Source: the human T2T-CHM13v2.0 reference genome, Homo sapiens. From it: DNA of 64,000 nt. The translations under genes were made by a program, and so were the position numbers. Below the pieces are notes generated by a model. That model was not told the DNA's origin. It searched no databases and saw only the letters and a list, made by a program, of their open reading frames with translations. Of the stretch, positions 13,929 to 28,701 are shown piece after piece. Within the stretch, counting starts at the first letter, position 1, and every line of letters starts with the position of its first letter. The stretch lies in assembly GCF_009914755.1 (NCBI RefSeq), contig NC_060927.1. The stretch is one strand, 5' to 3'.

Positions 13929-14470
13929 AGTCTTGAGACTCCAGTGTACTTTTACACACTTTAATGCTGCCAAAGTTGAAGGCAAGGGTTTCGGGGAGGA
14001 TTCTCAAAGGAGCTGGGCCTTGAAGAGGGTGATGGAGAACTTCTGTGAACAATTCTAAGAAGTCTTGGTGGCTTTGGGGAAGCTGTGGAGGGAGGAGTGG
14101 AAGAAGATATGTCTGGAGAGTTCACTGGAGCCACACTTAGAGGCCCTGAAGGACATGTGATGGTGACTCTAGGGGCAGGAGTGTGATTTTCTGCTGGTTA
14201 ATAGGAGGTTATGGTCTGCCTTTAAATGTTATAATGCTATGACAATGTTATCAAAGAAATATAGGATTTCAGAGATGGAGGAAACCTTGCATTCATTTTG
14301 GAAGAAAGGAAACCAGCATTGTAACTGGAACCCAAATCTTCTGAGTCTAGGCCAGTGGGTTTTCTCCTATACCTCCCTGATTTTTGTTAGGAAAAAATGT
14401 GCAATTTTAAAAGTCTGCAAACCTAGAAGTTTATGAACCCTATAAGGCAAAGTGCAGATACTTTTGATGA

Positions 14471-14665
<195 letters not shown>

Positions 14666-15049
14666 TAAGATTCCAAATAGCTTGCTTTTGTGGTAGAAAT
14701 GTCATAAACCACAGCATCTGAAATAATGATCATTTAATTTAGTTTGCCATTTACATAGTAGGGGGAGTGAATTAGGATGCGGATATCTTGTACATTTTAA
14801 CCAATTTGTAAGATTGTATCTAAAGTCAACATTGGATTTCAGTTTTCAGTCCAAAGCCTCATTGGCCATGTTCACTTTTCGTGGAAAACTAAGATACTGT
14901 AAGTTCTGTGGCAAACCTTGGTAACAGGAATGAACTTTGATACTGTACTAGTTTTAATTTCTAAGCATTTGGATATTCCCCTCCCTACTTATATAATACT
15001 CAGGATGGATCCTGGCAATTTAATTAAAATAAGTATTTATTGCACACCT

Positions 15050-15545
15050 ACTGCTTGTCAGTCTTCTGTTCAAAAGCTTCCCACTGCACTTAGAATACAA
15101 TCTACCCGCTACCCCACCTTGCTTCTCCAACCTCATCTTTCACATGGTTGTGTCACAGGCATCAAAGTACAGAGTGGTTTCCCACTAAGACTTTTAACAT
15201 GGGCTGCACCCTCTGTATCGTGTTCTTCCCTCATTCTTTATTTGACTAGTCATCCCTGTAAATTCTACTTAAGTGTCAGGTCCTCAAGAATGCCTCCCCC
15301 ACCTTCTCTCCCAATCTACATTAGATCATAAAAGACCTGGGGGTTCTTTTTCTACAAAAACACTGTATGCAGTTTATAACCCTAGCGTTATGGTTGGATC
15401 GGGGTCTCTCCCACTCTATAGAAAACCCTGTGAAGTCAAGGACTGTCCATGTTTTGCTCATTGCTCTACCCCTAGTGCCTGAAACAATATCTGGAATATT
15501 GTAGGAGCTGAGGAACTATTTATTTAATGAAGGAATGAATATATC
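15050..15545 (+). mobile_element. LINE-2 3' fragment
   Basis: gcttcccactgcacttagaatacaatc...gaagtcaaggactgtccatgttttgctcattgctctacccctagtgcctgaaaca...tttaatgaaggaatgaat. Confidence 0.7.
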
Positions 15546-15869
15546 AGTGGATGGATCAATGATATTATGCAAAGTATAATGGAAAATATAAAGATAGATG
15601 CGATTTCTGCCAATATTATTAAAGCTTACATTTTTGTTGGGTAAAACATGTCCAACTCAAAGCAGTAACATAAAATGCAAAACAATGCATAATTATCCAA
15701 AAGCCACAGGCAGTCCCTGGTTCAGAGAAAGGAAGTATCAACATGTGTAGGAGTAGTGGGGAGGTTTCATGGAAGGTGGAAAACCCAAGTGAAACTGTCA
15801 GGGGTGTGATGGCCCGTGGATATGGCATTAGTACCTCTCTCTAATCTCTTTAGAACACTTTCTTGCTTG

Positions 15870-16070
15870 ATTCCAACAACAGTCCTTTGAGGTAGGAATT
15901 ATTATCCCCATTTTCTAGTGGAATAATAAGGCTCTGAGAGAAGAATAAGGCTCCATCTGGAAAATGGGGATAATGATTCCTACCTGTGACAATAAAAGCA
16001 CATCAAGTGTCAGAACCAGGATTTGGACCCAAATCTACTATGCTTTAAAATCTGTGTTCTTAAGCAACCA
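15870..16070 (-). mobile_element. MIR SINE carrying an internal inverted duplication
   Basis: aacagtcctttgaggtaggaattattatccccatttt...aaggctctgagagaag...agaaccaggatttggaccca; see hairpin finding. Confidence 0.75.
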
Positions 16071-16324
16071 CACTCTACTTTCCATCAGCCTAAGATCAGC
16101 ACTTAGAGAGTACCACCTATTTCAGGCACTGAGCTGAATATAGCCTAGTGGATCTAAATGCTGAGGCTCTGATGTTCTGACCTGACACTTATTTAACCCT
16201 TACTTAAGTGTTAAATAAATGGTAGCCAATAAAATATTAACCTAATTGGTCTTCTCTCACCCTCTTCACATGCACACATGCACACATGCACACACACCAT
16301 TCTCATCCCACCACTCATGAGTTC

Positions 16325-16545
16325 TGTTGGTTCAAATCCTGGCTCTGCCATTTGTAAGCAGTGCAGCTTGGTGAGTCACTTCATTTCTTGGCACCTTAGG
16401 TTTCTCACTGGTGAAGCAGTGATCACATTGCTTACATCTCATTGCTGTGACGGTTGAATAAGATAATGTATATGAACAGTCTGATATGGCTCTGGCTCAT
16501 ATTACTATGGTAATACACTTATTTTGAAAATTTTTTATTATTATT
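16325..16545 (+). mobile_element. MIR SINE
   Basis: ggttcaaatcctggctctgccattt...gtgagtcacttcatttc...ggtttctcac...aataagataatgtatatgaac. Confidence 0.75.
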
Positions 16546-18885
16546 ATTATTCACAATGTCCCTTGAGATGCTCTTTTGAGGGATACTGAAACATTAATGG
16601 CTTTCCTGGCACAGAGTGTGTGGTAGACGATCTCATGACCTTTACATCTTGCTTATTCCCCACTCCTATCATGTGGAACAGGGAGTAAGCCCACTGAAAA
16701 GCCATCAGAAAAAGCAAAGTAGAGATAGGAATTCAGTTTAGCTTTTACTAACTACATAATAATGCTGACCCTCTGTTGTTAGAGACTTTAGTAGCCAAGT
16801 TCAACAATGAAAATATGTTCCTCATTTTTTAATGGTGGTTCCTTGTTGGGGAAGAAGGATGTCCCTGCCTATTGTTCAAGATTCTCTGGTAAAGGATAGA
16901 ACAGCCACCTCTACTTTTACAAGGAAGTTTTTTTTAACAAGAATAGTATGCTATTTTCTTTCACTGTGCGTTAGGAGCTACCTGATTCCTATTCTGATTA
17001 AACATTTAATTTCAAAATAATATTTTAATAGATTATTTTTCCTTTTGTTTATTTAGGTCACAGTTTTGAAATCCAACAAAGGAATTCTGAGTTTCTAAAA
17101 TAGTAGTTTGTGGGTCACATTTAAATTTGTGGTAAGGCTGTTGGTACTGCTTTGGTTCATATTCTTGTTTAGAAATTCAGGACTAATTAAAATGTGATCC
17201 TCTTTGAGGCTGGGAATTAGGAAGTCACTAAGGTACTTATAATGTATATCAGTGTTTTTAAGTATAATTACAGAGCAGTCAGACTACAAATGTGTAATAA
17301 GGGTAATTAGTACCTTGCCTGAGTTAATTGATTAAAACTGTGATGTCTGGTCCTAAAGTAATTGGAACTCTGTCATCTGTGAAGGTCACGCCTGTTTTCT
17401 TATATGTACAAGGTAATGAAAATGTAATAAAGATATACTGAAGCCTCAAGAATTAATAATTGCAGTAGATCCGGCTGAATTATAGACATTTAAGTACACT
17501 ACTGTTGCATTGTTAATGTTGGAAGTAGGGATTTGAAACATTTAAAACATTTTGCCAAGTAGAGAGCTTGTTCGCCTGGTTTAAATGGCCAGATAATTTG
17601 TCCTTCTATTGGCTTAAGTGCTGAGAATGTGTATTTCCTTAGGAAGGTTTAATTACCAAAATTCAGTTAGCTTCACGTTGATCTATCAAGTTTCAAAAAC
17701 AGTAGACTGTTCATTGGTTCTCTTACCATATGACCTATTGCATTTACCTAAGCACTTATGTTTCTTAGCATGAAAGTGCTCTCTTAAGAGACCATTTGTT
17801 ATTACTCAGCCAGGGTTCTAATTGGGATGGCAATGAGAAGAACCAAAGGTGGGGATGTTGGGTGTCATGTTGGGTGTCATTTATTACATTAAGGCTGGAG
17901 GCCTAAGTCATAGGGCTGAAATAATGGCTTCTGTTGTGCTTCCATTATGTGCCCTGCTCTTTCATTGTCCTACACTGCCACCTTTGGAATTCGTCTCTTA
18001 TTCCCTGTGCCTAAGAGCAACTAGTGCATTTCAACATAGGTCTGAGAGCATCCTGGTTAAGAGGAACCTGGCTTCTTTACATCTGTGTTCACCTTATTTG
18101 TAAAACTAGGGTATAATTGTACTTTCTTAATAGGTTTTTGTGGTTATTCTGACAAATAACATAATGGCACAGAATGCATTTAGCATGCTGCTTACACATA
18201 CTACGTGTTCAATAAATATTAGCTATTCTCCTTAGAGGCAAGTCCCAGGTTTAATATTTTAAAACTTTTTGTATGTATCTTAAAACTTCCAGGCCAAGGG
18301 GATGAAGTCCTTTGTTACACAATTTTTGAGTACCTAAGTATAGTCATTAAACATACATGGTCTCTACTTTTGAAGAAATAAAGGTCTTATATAAACAAAT
18401 AATCACAGCTACTAGTGCCCTCAGCTATCTGGGTTTTTCAAGACCTCCCAGGGCCAACTTATGGCATTTAGTCATAGCTCCACAGTATGTCTTTCTGAAG
18501 TTTTTAGAAAATCCTTGTAGGTAATAACTCCCCTACCTCCCTCAGCACAGCTGGGACACACTATTGAATGAAACTCATCAAGTCCCTAATTCTTTACCAC
18601 CCCACTCCTCACCACATGGAATTCTAGTGAAAGAAACTTTTACTTCATGCTGTTCAAAAGGGCACTTTTCACAAAGTGTAATAGAGACTGTACAATTTAA
18701 GCTTTATGCTCCACGGCCTAAGGATTTACCATATTAATCTATGCAGATTTACTAAAGGTAATAAGAGTGAAACTGATATAACTAAGATAGTTACCTCTCA
18801 CTTTCCCTCCCAGCTTTCCTCCTCTGGAAGGATTCATTTCCAGATTCAAAAGTTTATTTCTAAATGGCTGTTTCTCCTGTCATAG

Positions 18886-19095
<210 letters not shown>

Positions 19096-20021
19096 TGAAA
19101 ACTAGAATCCTGTCAAATCAACTGGCATGATAAAACAATGCAACTTCTTAGAAACAGGTGTTGATTATAAAAATACTGCCATATATTACTAAAACATTTA
19201 TATAAAATTAACTTAATTTTTTGAACAAGAAAATCCAGTTTCAATTTTTAAGTAAACACAAAGGTTATCACATATTATGGATATACCTAAGTGATTTTTT
19301 ACAACCAATGGTATAAGTCACCAGATCTAAGTTGGACAATGTGCTTTTGTAAGATGTTCCTTACTTGATGGCCCAGATAAAATCAGCCATCTCTGTGATT
19401 CTAAATATGTTGAAACCTTTCATTTTCAAAGTATACAAAGAAGCAGTAGAAGAAGAAAGCTGTTATTGGAAGAAGCTTAGAAAATAAAATTTAGGGTTCT
19501 TTTCTATGACCCTTCCGTTATGTTTAATGCATTGGGAATAGAACACTACTTTAAAAACATTCAAACTGTGTTTTATTGTATCACCAATGGATTATCTACT
19601 TTTTCTCATGCTTCAAAAATGAAAAACTTTTAAAAGTAATTATTGTCTGGATATCTTTAGCCCATCATGCAATGTTTTCATAAGAAAACCAAGCTCAACA
19701 TAATACGTTTTAAGCAAACAGGGATTTAACATTTAATTCCAATTCACCAAATCTTTATTGAACATCTGTTGTCAGATGTAGACATCCTATTAAAAACAAG
19801 TACCTCTATTTCAGTTGGTTTATTTCTGTACCATCTCCTACCCACAGCCGTAAAGAAGACATTAAAAAAGGCTTACTGAAATTATACTATATAGTATTTT
19901 TTTAGATAAGACACACACACACTTCATGTCTATGACTTGTTTACCTAAGATAAAAGGGACCTAATTCAACTTACTTTAGCAAACATACTACTGCCAATTA
20001 ATCATTTCTTAACCCTTTTAG

Positions 20022-20252
<231 letters not shown>

Positions 20253-20884
20253 TAAAGGACATCCTTATGTATAAGAGAAATGTTAAGTCATTTAAAATTA
20301 TGCTTGAAGAAAATTAAGATAGGCAGTTTTACAAACAAAACAATTAGCAGAAAAAGCCAAACAACAAAGCTTAGGGTTTTTGTTCATTAGTACAGTTGTA
20401 AAACTTTCATTTGCTACGTGAACTCAGAACAGTTCTAAATTTCAAGCACCATAAACCATGAAATGAATGTCATCTGTTTCTTAGAAACATCTCTAGCTTT
20501 TTGCCAGGAATTGCCATGGTCCTTAAAAACCCTCAGGTAGAATTTATGGTAGGTATCAATTAACCTTGTTTTTGAATTCAGCAAGGTCAGGGCCAATATT
20601 ATTCATGGCTGTTGCTTTAATTGGGTTAGTCACAGTTTTGTTGGTGTAGAAACAAAAACACAGTACCTGACATTCAGCCAGAGTTCTCTCAAGAGCACTT
20701 TGTTCTAAAGAATCACATTAAGGCACGCCACTTATACAATCATGTATTATACCTTTTAGTATTTCAATTTGAGTCATAATAAGGTCCAATTTGAGGTGAA
20801 TAATGGCTAAGCCTGTTCAAACTCAGCTTCCCATTTCAGACTTCTTTGTAAATGACACATTCATCCACCGAAATGGTGAGCTGA

Positions 20885-21052
<168 letters not shown>

Positions 21053-22715
21053 GAGAATCAACATCCCTAGAAAGATCCCTAGAAAGAGCAAAGAAGGAAA
21101 CACATCTGTCATTGTCTTGTGGACGTGGAAAGGAAGCTACTGTCCTCACACTCCTGGATCACTGAGCAGAATGAACATTTTCTCCAGCCTCTGAGACTAT
21201 CGCTCTTAACCATGGAAAAGCTCAAAATATTCTTGCCATTACTCAGTGTTCCTATAAAGAAAATATTATGATATCTTGGAAAGGTTCTATTCCTGATCTC
21301 CAGCTGTGGTGAGCAAGTTTCCTGAAGTGTTTATTTTCTCTCATATCCACCAAACGTGAATCCTGTTCCTGATGGCCCGTTATTGGACACTGGTGATGCT
21401 ATTATCCTGTATTATTTATTAATATCCTACCTAGATGCTTGTATGAGTACAAAGCATAAAGAAACAGATTTCTATAGGTCAAGTCATACTTTTGCAAACA
21501 GATGATGAGTAATTTTTTAGCAACACCTGAAAATATACTAAACTTTCCTAGATAAACTTTAAGGTTTCTATACTGAGGCTTTTATAATGAACGCACCTCG
21601 TTAAGTATTTATACTTGTAACTAACCCCAGGCAGGGACCTCAGCTTTGTTAGGAATAAGGCACAAGAAGTATTTTCTGTAGCTATTGTTTCCTCAGTCCT
21701 TCAAACTAAAAAAGTACAAATAAATAACCTATGGCCAAACTTGCACTGTTACGTGTTAACCAAGACATCCCTTTAGGTGACAAGACTCTATAACAGTGGT
21801 TACCTGTCTCCATGTTGACACTTCATCCTAGATTTAAGGAGAGGCATCAATTTTTTTTTTTTTTTGCCTCAAGAGAAATTTCAAATATCCAAATTAAAAC
21901 ACAGTAGCATTTGAACCTTGACCTTACCATCTCTTTAAGTAAACGTGGAGTTGATTTCTCTACTAAATAACAGAAACCTCAGTTTTTCACTCCCATTGTA
22001 AGTAACTTTTATTTAAGTAAGTAAAATCAGGTAGGAAATCACCTTTGACTTAGCTTCCAGTAGTCATTACCACCTTTTACTGCACAATTCACAAGCATGT
22101 TTTCCTGGTGAATTGGACTGAAAATTACATTTTGACAACTTTTTTTCCTTTTATCCCCAACTTTTGCCAGAAAGCAGAAAAATGCTCTATTTTTATAAAG
22201 AAAGATTAAATTCTCCAATGATATTTTAAAAAATATCAACCTACATGCACTTTAGAATGTAAAATAACAATGACTATTTTAAACTCGAAGACCCACTATT
22301 TTGAGTATTTTTTATAGACTTTAAATACTGGGTTTTTTTCCTCCTTCAATCTCAGGCTTTTCTCCATCTTTTAAGCAGCCTCTGTAACTCCCTTTTGTCC
22401 ATAGGTGTTGCGTGCCTCTCATCTGTGGGGAAGTATTATTTAATAAAATTTATGTTACAGGATAACTTTATTTTAATGGGCATGGGCTTGTCTATACACA
22501 AAGGTATGTATATTTTCATTATAAAAAACCAGTTTAAAATTTTTTCTTATTTTAATTGTTTGAAATTTTTCTAGAGCCAAAGAAGCTCTTTAAAGAAGTT
22601 GTTTCTTCCAAAGAACAAAGCCAGGTTAATGACATTCAATTCTAAATGATACATTGGAATTGTGCCTTTTCTACCACACTGGATTAAATAAACTTGTCAA
22701 AATATGGTTTTGTCA
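21053..22715 (+). other. CRYBG3: CRYBG3 3'UTR (end inferred)
   Basis: Follows the stop. Candidate PAS: AATAAA 22442-22447 and overlapping ATTAAA/AATAAA 22683-22692 followed by a GT/T-rich stretch. Confidence 0.65.
22442..22472. terminator. Back-to-back poly(A) signals: + AATAAA 22442-22447 (CRYBG3) and - AATAAA 22472-22467 (RIOX2)
   Basis: ttt-aataaa-atttatgttacaggataac-tttatt-ttaat. Confidence 0.55.
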
Positions 22716-22924
22716 TTTTCTGAGACACTTGGTAATTTGCTGTTCTTTCTTTCATGTGCCCGTTAGTACATTTGGCCAACTGACCACCTGTAACAGGGAG
22801 GTCTCATGTTTGTTAGTAGATACGCAGGTAAGGAAACTTGAATTCATCCTCTCCTCGGCTCAGGTCTTTGCTTTTCTTTTAATATATGCATATAAAATAG
22901 TAGGCATTTGATTCTGCAAAGGCA
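22445..22924 (-). other. RIOX2: RIOX2 3'UTR (short form; may extend much further)
   Basis: Downstream of stop TAG; minus-strand AATAAA at 22472-22467, with further ones at 22013-22008, 21420-21415, 21335-21330, 19759-19754 and 19577-19572. Confidence 0.65.
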
Positions 22925-23104
<180 letters not shown>

Positions 23105-23526
23105 TCAAAATATATGTATACTACTTATGTCATTGAAGTAGCATTTTCCTGTAAATTTATTCTCCATACATCATTATTTTTGATACCCCTCATGAGTATT
23201 TTAGACACACTACAATTAGATAACATAAAAGATGCCAACTTCTATATAAAAGGCATCCTAATTTATGTAGTAAGTGATATTAGTAATTTGAAATGTTTTA
23301 CATTATACCATTCCTATAAGGCTACAGGTCCCAGCTAGTATGTCTTAAAACTGGTGTGCATGTATCACAGAAATGTCTGACTTAATCATCCCCATGCAGG
23401 AGCTCTGTGAGTAGTGCAAAATGGTTAAGTCCACAGTGCAGCCATAAAAAGCATATTACCTGTAAATCAAAAATAATCAATTCTTCCCAACCACCACCCA
23501 AGTCACAGGATAGGCATTTGTTTTCA

Positions 23527-23658
<132 letters not shown>

Positions 23659-24327
23659 TCAACAACACAACACTGAAGGTGTCAGTACTAGGAAGGTTTT
23701 CCAATAGGTCAACACCAAAAAAAATTTCAAAAGCCTTGGTGCTCAAGTGAAATTTATTGAATACTGTAAAGAATCCTTTTGGCAAAAAGTGACGGGTGTG
23801 TGCATCCACACAATGTCTATACTTCATTAGTCACCACAGGTTACTATTTGTATGTGGCAATTAATGGGCATTCTAAGTTGTTAAAACAGCTGGAGTGCTA
23901 CCTGGAAGAGCATCTTCAGGATTTAATGAAAAAGCAGTGATTTATGTATCAACTTATCAATGAAATCCTCAGTTTTTTTAATCATACCTGCACTATCTTT
24001 TTTGAATAAAAAAATCTGACATTTCTAGGTATAAACTGACAATTTATAATCATGAAGTCATTAACTCCTGAGAAATACCAGCTGTGTGATCGATAAAAAA
24101 CTCCATTTCAATTACACTACCCTCCCAAATGGTCCCTATCTCCCTTCACTCCCCATGTTACACAGTGCAGTTTATTGTCTCTTCCAGAGCCTTTAGTCAT
24201 TCTTTGTCACCTCTTAGATAAGGGCAAAAAAATCTTAGCCTAGCGTACAATGTCTCAAACTGACTGGTTATCAGAATCACTATTTTTTTTTTAGACAGGG
24301 ATGTAGGAATGTGTACTTTTGAGGATG

Positions 24328-24352
24328 TATATATATATATATATATATATAT
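24328..24352. repeat. (TA)n microsatellite
   Basis: About 12 TA units, directly visible. Confidence 0.95.
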
Positions 24353-25033
24353 CTATTCATGTATATTCATATATATATTCCAACTCTGGCCCTGACGGCT
24401 GGAACAATCTGGTTATCGAGACATGTTGAGTGCCCCTCTCATCCCCCTTGATCATTCATGGGATAGCTCCTTAGAGAGCTGATTAGGAGGAATGAGGTGG
24501 AGCCATATGGTATGAGATCGTTCCAAGGTCTTTAGGACTGTACAGGGAGCTCTATCAAAACATAAATCCAAAGGCTCCAAGACCAGATGAAACCCAGGAA
24601 TTTATAATTTTAAAAAGCTTTCCAATTGACTCCATGATCAGTTAGCCAGTTTGGGGAATCACTGGGCTAGGAAGCAAAATTACAGAATATATACTTTGTT
24701 CTCCATAATCTACAGGATAGAGTTTAAGGAGATGCAACAATATCCACAAAACCACATAGAAATATAGATCTGCACAGTGTGGAGGACTGGGGCTGAGAAA
24801 CTCAGGAATGAGGTCTGTGGCTGTCCAAGCAAGAACAGTAAGGCCCGAAGTAGGATGAGAAGCAAAGACCAGACATTAATCACCACATAAAGGGGATGAA
24901 GGAAGGTTCTGTGAGGATGAGGGCAAGAAAATATGGAATTGGAACTGTGAGATTTGGTCATCATCTGACCTGAAGAAATGGCATTAAACTGAATGCAGGT
25001 GGATTCCTAAAGAAGGGCAGAGACCAGTGGTTA

Positions 25034-25225
<192 letters not shown>

Positions 25226-26101
25226 TCAAAAAAGGAAACAGGCAGATTCAAACTTGCTTATACATACACATAGGAAACACATTTACTAACAATTTACAGG
25301 TGAATCCAAACATGGCATACACTCCAACTGAAGAATTTGCTTACCCCAACATTGTACTGATATTATAGTTCACATCATTATGCAGCTCATTCTTACAGTG
25401 AAGACAGACATAGATAAATAATGTAAGTTTATAAGTACAATAAATAGACAAAAATAATACCATCGAAGTACAGTGGCTATCATAGCACATAAGGCTGTGG
25501 TGCTTTCTGCACAGAACACTCACTCCTCCAGGTTCTGTCCTCTACAAGCTTCTTGCTCAACATATGGACTCTGGAAGTACTACCTGAGTTCAAAATTGCA
25601 CTACTCCACCAATTATTAGGTGTGTGACCCTGGTCAATTATTCAGTCTATGTAAGTCAAGAATAGTATCCTATAAAAGCCATCTAATAAAGTCCACAGAA
25701 AATTTTTTTTTTCCAAATTGGATTTAACTTAGTGGAACAATACCCAATAAAAACAGACTAGCCTTACAGGGTCATCTGCGTGGGGAAGGAGTCGTGAGGG
25801 ATCATCACTTTATTGAGTATAATGCCTAAGATAAGGAAAACACTGAAGTAGTCTGGGCCATAAGCTGGTGCATAAGCAAACTGTTCTGCTAAAGATTAAA
25901 CCATGTGCTTGTAAAACATTTGCTATTTTGAATAGATACAATCAAAAACAAATTCTAAGCTTCCTCCAAAGACTATGATAAAAATGTATATAGAATCAGT
26001 GTTGGAAGGGACCTTATAGATTATCTATCTCAGTGGTTCTCTCTTGGTCATAATTAAGAGTTTTATTAAAGTTAGTAAAAAATACTCTTTTCACTCAACC
26101 C

Positions 26102-26654
26102 TGAGAAAGAACAGCAGCCAAAAAGCTGGCCTGGCACTCACAGCTAGGTCTTTGTGTTCTCCTGTTGAACACAGGCAATTCCACAGAATGCTAACATCAG
26201 AGATCACTGTCACCATGATAGGTCAAAACAAAACACCACCACTCCGTACATACTCATGTCTGGACTCAGGCAAGGCAAGAACATATTCCAAACCACAACA
26301 CTGACCGAACATCCCCCTACTCTGGCTAATGAGTGACCACTTCCGCTTTACCATTGATAACTTCAGCCTCATACATTCCTCCTGCCTACCAGATAACATT
26401 TAGGAGACTTAATCATAGAATCCCTTCCATTTCCTGACAGCATCCAATCCAGAGCAAAGCCCTGCTTCCTTGAACCCTCTCCAAAATCACCTAACATACA
26501 CCTGAGTCCTATAAGTCTTTTCTAACACCGTTTTACTGAGATGCCCTGCAGTTCTCAATGGTGTGTGGTCTTCCCACTGCAACAAGTCAATAAATCCAAT
26601 TTCGTCTGAATTCAGGAGTATGTTCTTGGTGGTCTTTGCTATAGGATACTGACA
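26102..26654 (+). mobile_element. ERV solo LTR (ERV1-class; subfamily uncertain)
   Basis: TG...CA termini, TATA-like cctataag, AATAAA near 26589, and an LTR-type 3' end gttcttggtggtctttgc...tgaca. Confidence 0.65.
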
Positions 26655-26816
26655 TCATCCATCTGGAAGTCATCAATGACATCATCCATCCAAAAGTATG
26701 TTATATCATTTGCAGCCTAAATCTGTCATAAATTAGGCACCTGTGCCTTGGAGAAGGTTGATGATAATCTTGGACATTTCTTGAATCTCACTGGCTGATG
26801 GTAACAATTTTACCCA

Positions 26817-27231
26817 TGCTATGATTTGGATGTTTGTCCCATCCAAATCTCATGTTCAAATTTGATCCCCAGTGTGGAGGTGCAGCCTAAGGGGAGGTGT
26901 TTGGGTCACATTGTGGGGAGCAGATCCCTCATGAATAGATAATTCCCTGGGGTTGGGGGCGGTGAGTGACTTCTTGTTCCATTAGTTCCCATGACAGCTG
27001 GTGTTAAAAAGAGCCTGGCACTTCTCCTCGCTCTTGCTTCCTCTCTCACCATGTGTTCTGCAAATGCCAGCTCCCTTTCCCCTTCCACTGTGAGTAGCCT
27101 GAGGTTTTCTCCAAATGCAGATACCAGCACCATGCTTCTTGTACAGCCTGCAGACCATGAGCCAAATAAACTTCTTTTCTATATAAATTACCCAGCCTCA
27201 GGTATTCCTTTAAGCAACACAAATAAAGACA
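26817..27231 (+). mobile_element. MaLR solo LTR (MST family)
   Basis: tgctatgatttggatgtttgtccc...ataaattacccagcctcaggtattcc...agaca; perfect 5-bp TSD ACCCA (26812-16 and 27232-36). Confidence 0.92.
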
Positions 27232-27523
27232 ACCCAACCCTGACTTAATTCCAACAAGATTATTTCAATGTTCAAATTTTGAAAACTTCCTGAAGACTAT
27301 GAATACCAGAGTACCTATAAATATACATATTTCTCACCCAAAAGGACAGGGCTCTTATTTCCCATCAGGGTGGGATACAAGTTCTTTCCAAATGACTTCT
27401 AAGATACAGGTTGCTAAAGGTTGAGTGCAGCACATCTCGTCTGCCCATATTCACTAAGGATGGATGTGGTCCACATTAACACGAAAGCACTTCATACTTT
27501 CCATCTGTTCAAAAAGGAGCCTA

Positions 27524-27760
<237 letters not shown>

Positions 27761-28512
27761 CTAGGAACACAGAAGTGAGTCCTGGCCCAGATGCCAGCAG
27801 AACTTACTGCCCAGCTCAGTCTCCACAGTAGACTGCAAAACTGCCAGCCACCGGGTATAGACATTAATCCATGTCATTCCAAAGGGGAAGGGACAACCTG
27901 AGCCCCTAAGAATGATATCTCATCATTTCCTTATAAACACTGTTAATTCTAAGCTGCCTATTGTTTGCAAAAAATTTTCAGAATTTTGCCTAGAAATAGA
28001 GATCCTTGGAAATATGGTACAGTCTGAGCTCTGCCTTTTGGAAAGCAGGTCACTGTCCTAAGATGAATGCTTCAGAGAAAGCAACCTTTGCTCAACTCAG
28101 CTCTAATCCACTCATCTCAAAACTAATCAAATAACACTCCTGTTTCAAAATGTAATAAAAGAACAGGAGGCCAACGAATACACCGAGGCCAGGATCTCCA
28201 GTACAGTGAGTTTCTCTTAACTAGTAATCTGATGTGTGCTAAATCTACAGTTCTCCTGGCCGTACTATTCATTTACTCAACCAACATTTTCACACTGCCT
28301 GCTACTGCCACTGTGAAATACAGAGCTGTCTGTACAACATCACAGTTCTTTGGATCACCACATAACACATGGCACTCCACTCATTCTGCAAGTCACACAG
28401 CTCAGCAGTGCAGCACAGTAGACAAGCCTGGCTCATGTTGGAAGAAGTATCCTGGGGTCCTTAAGGTAGGACTTCAGCTGGCCTGGGCTGCAGCTACCAT
28501 CCTTCATTCCTA

Positions 28513-28701
<189 letters not shown>

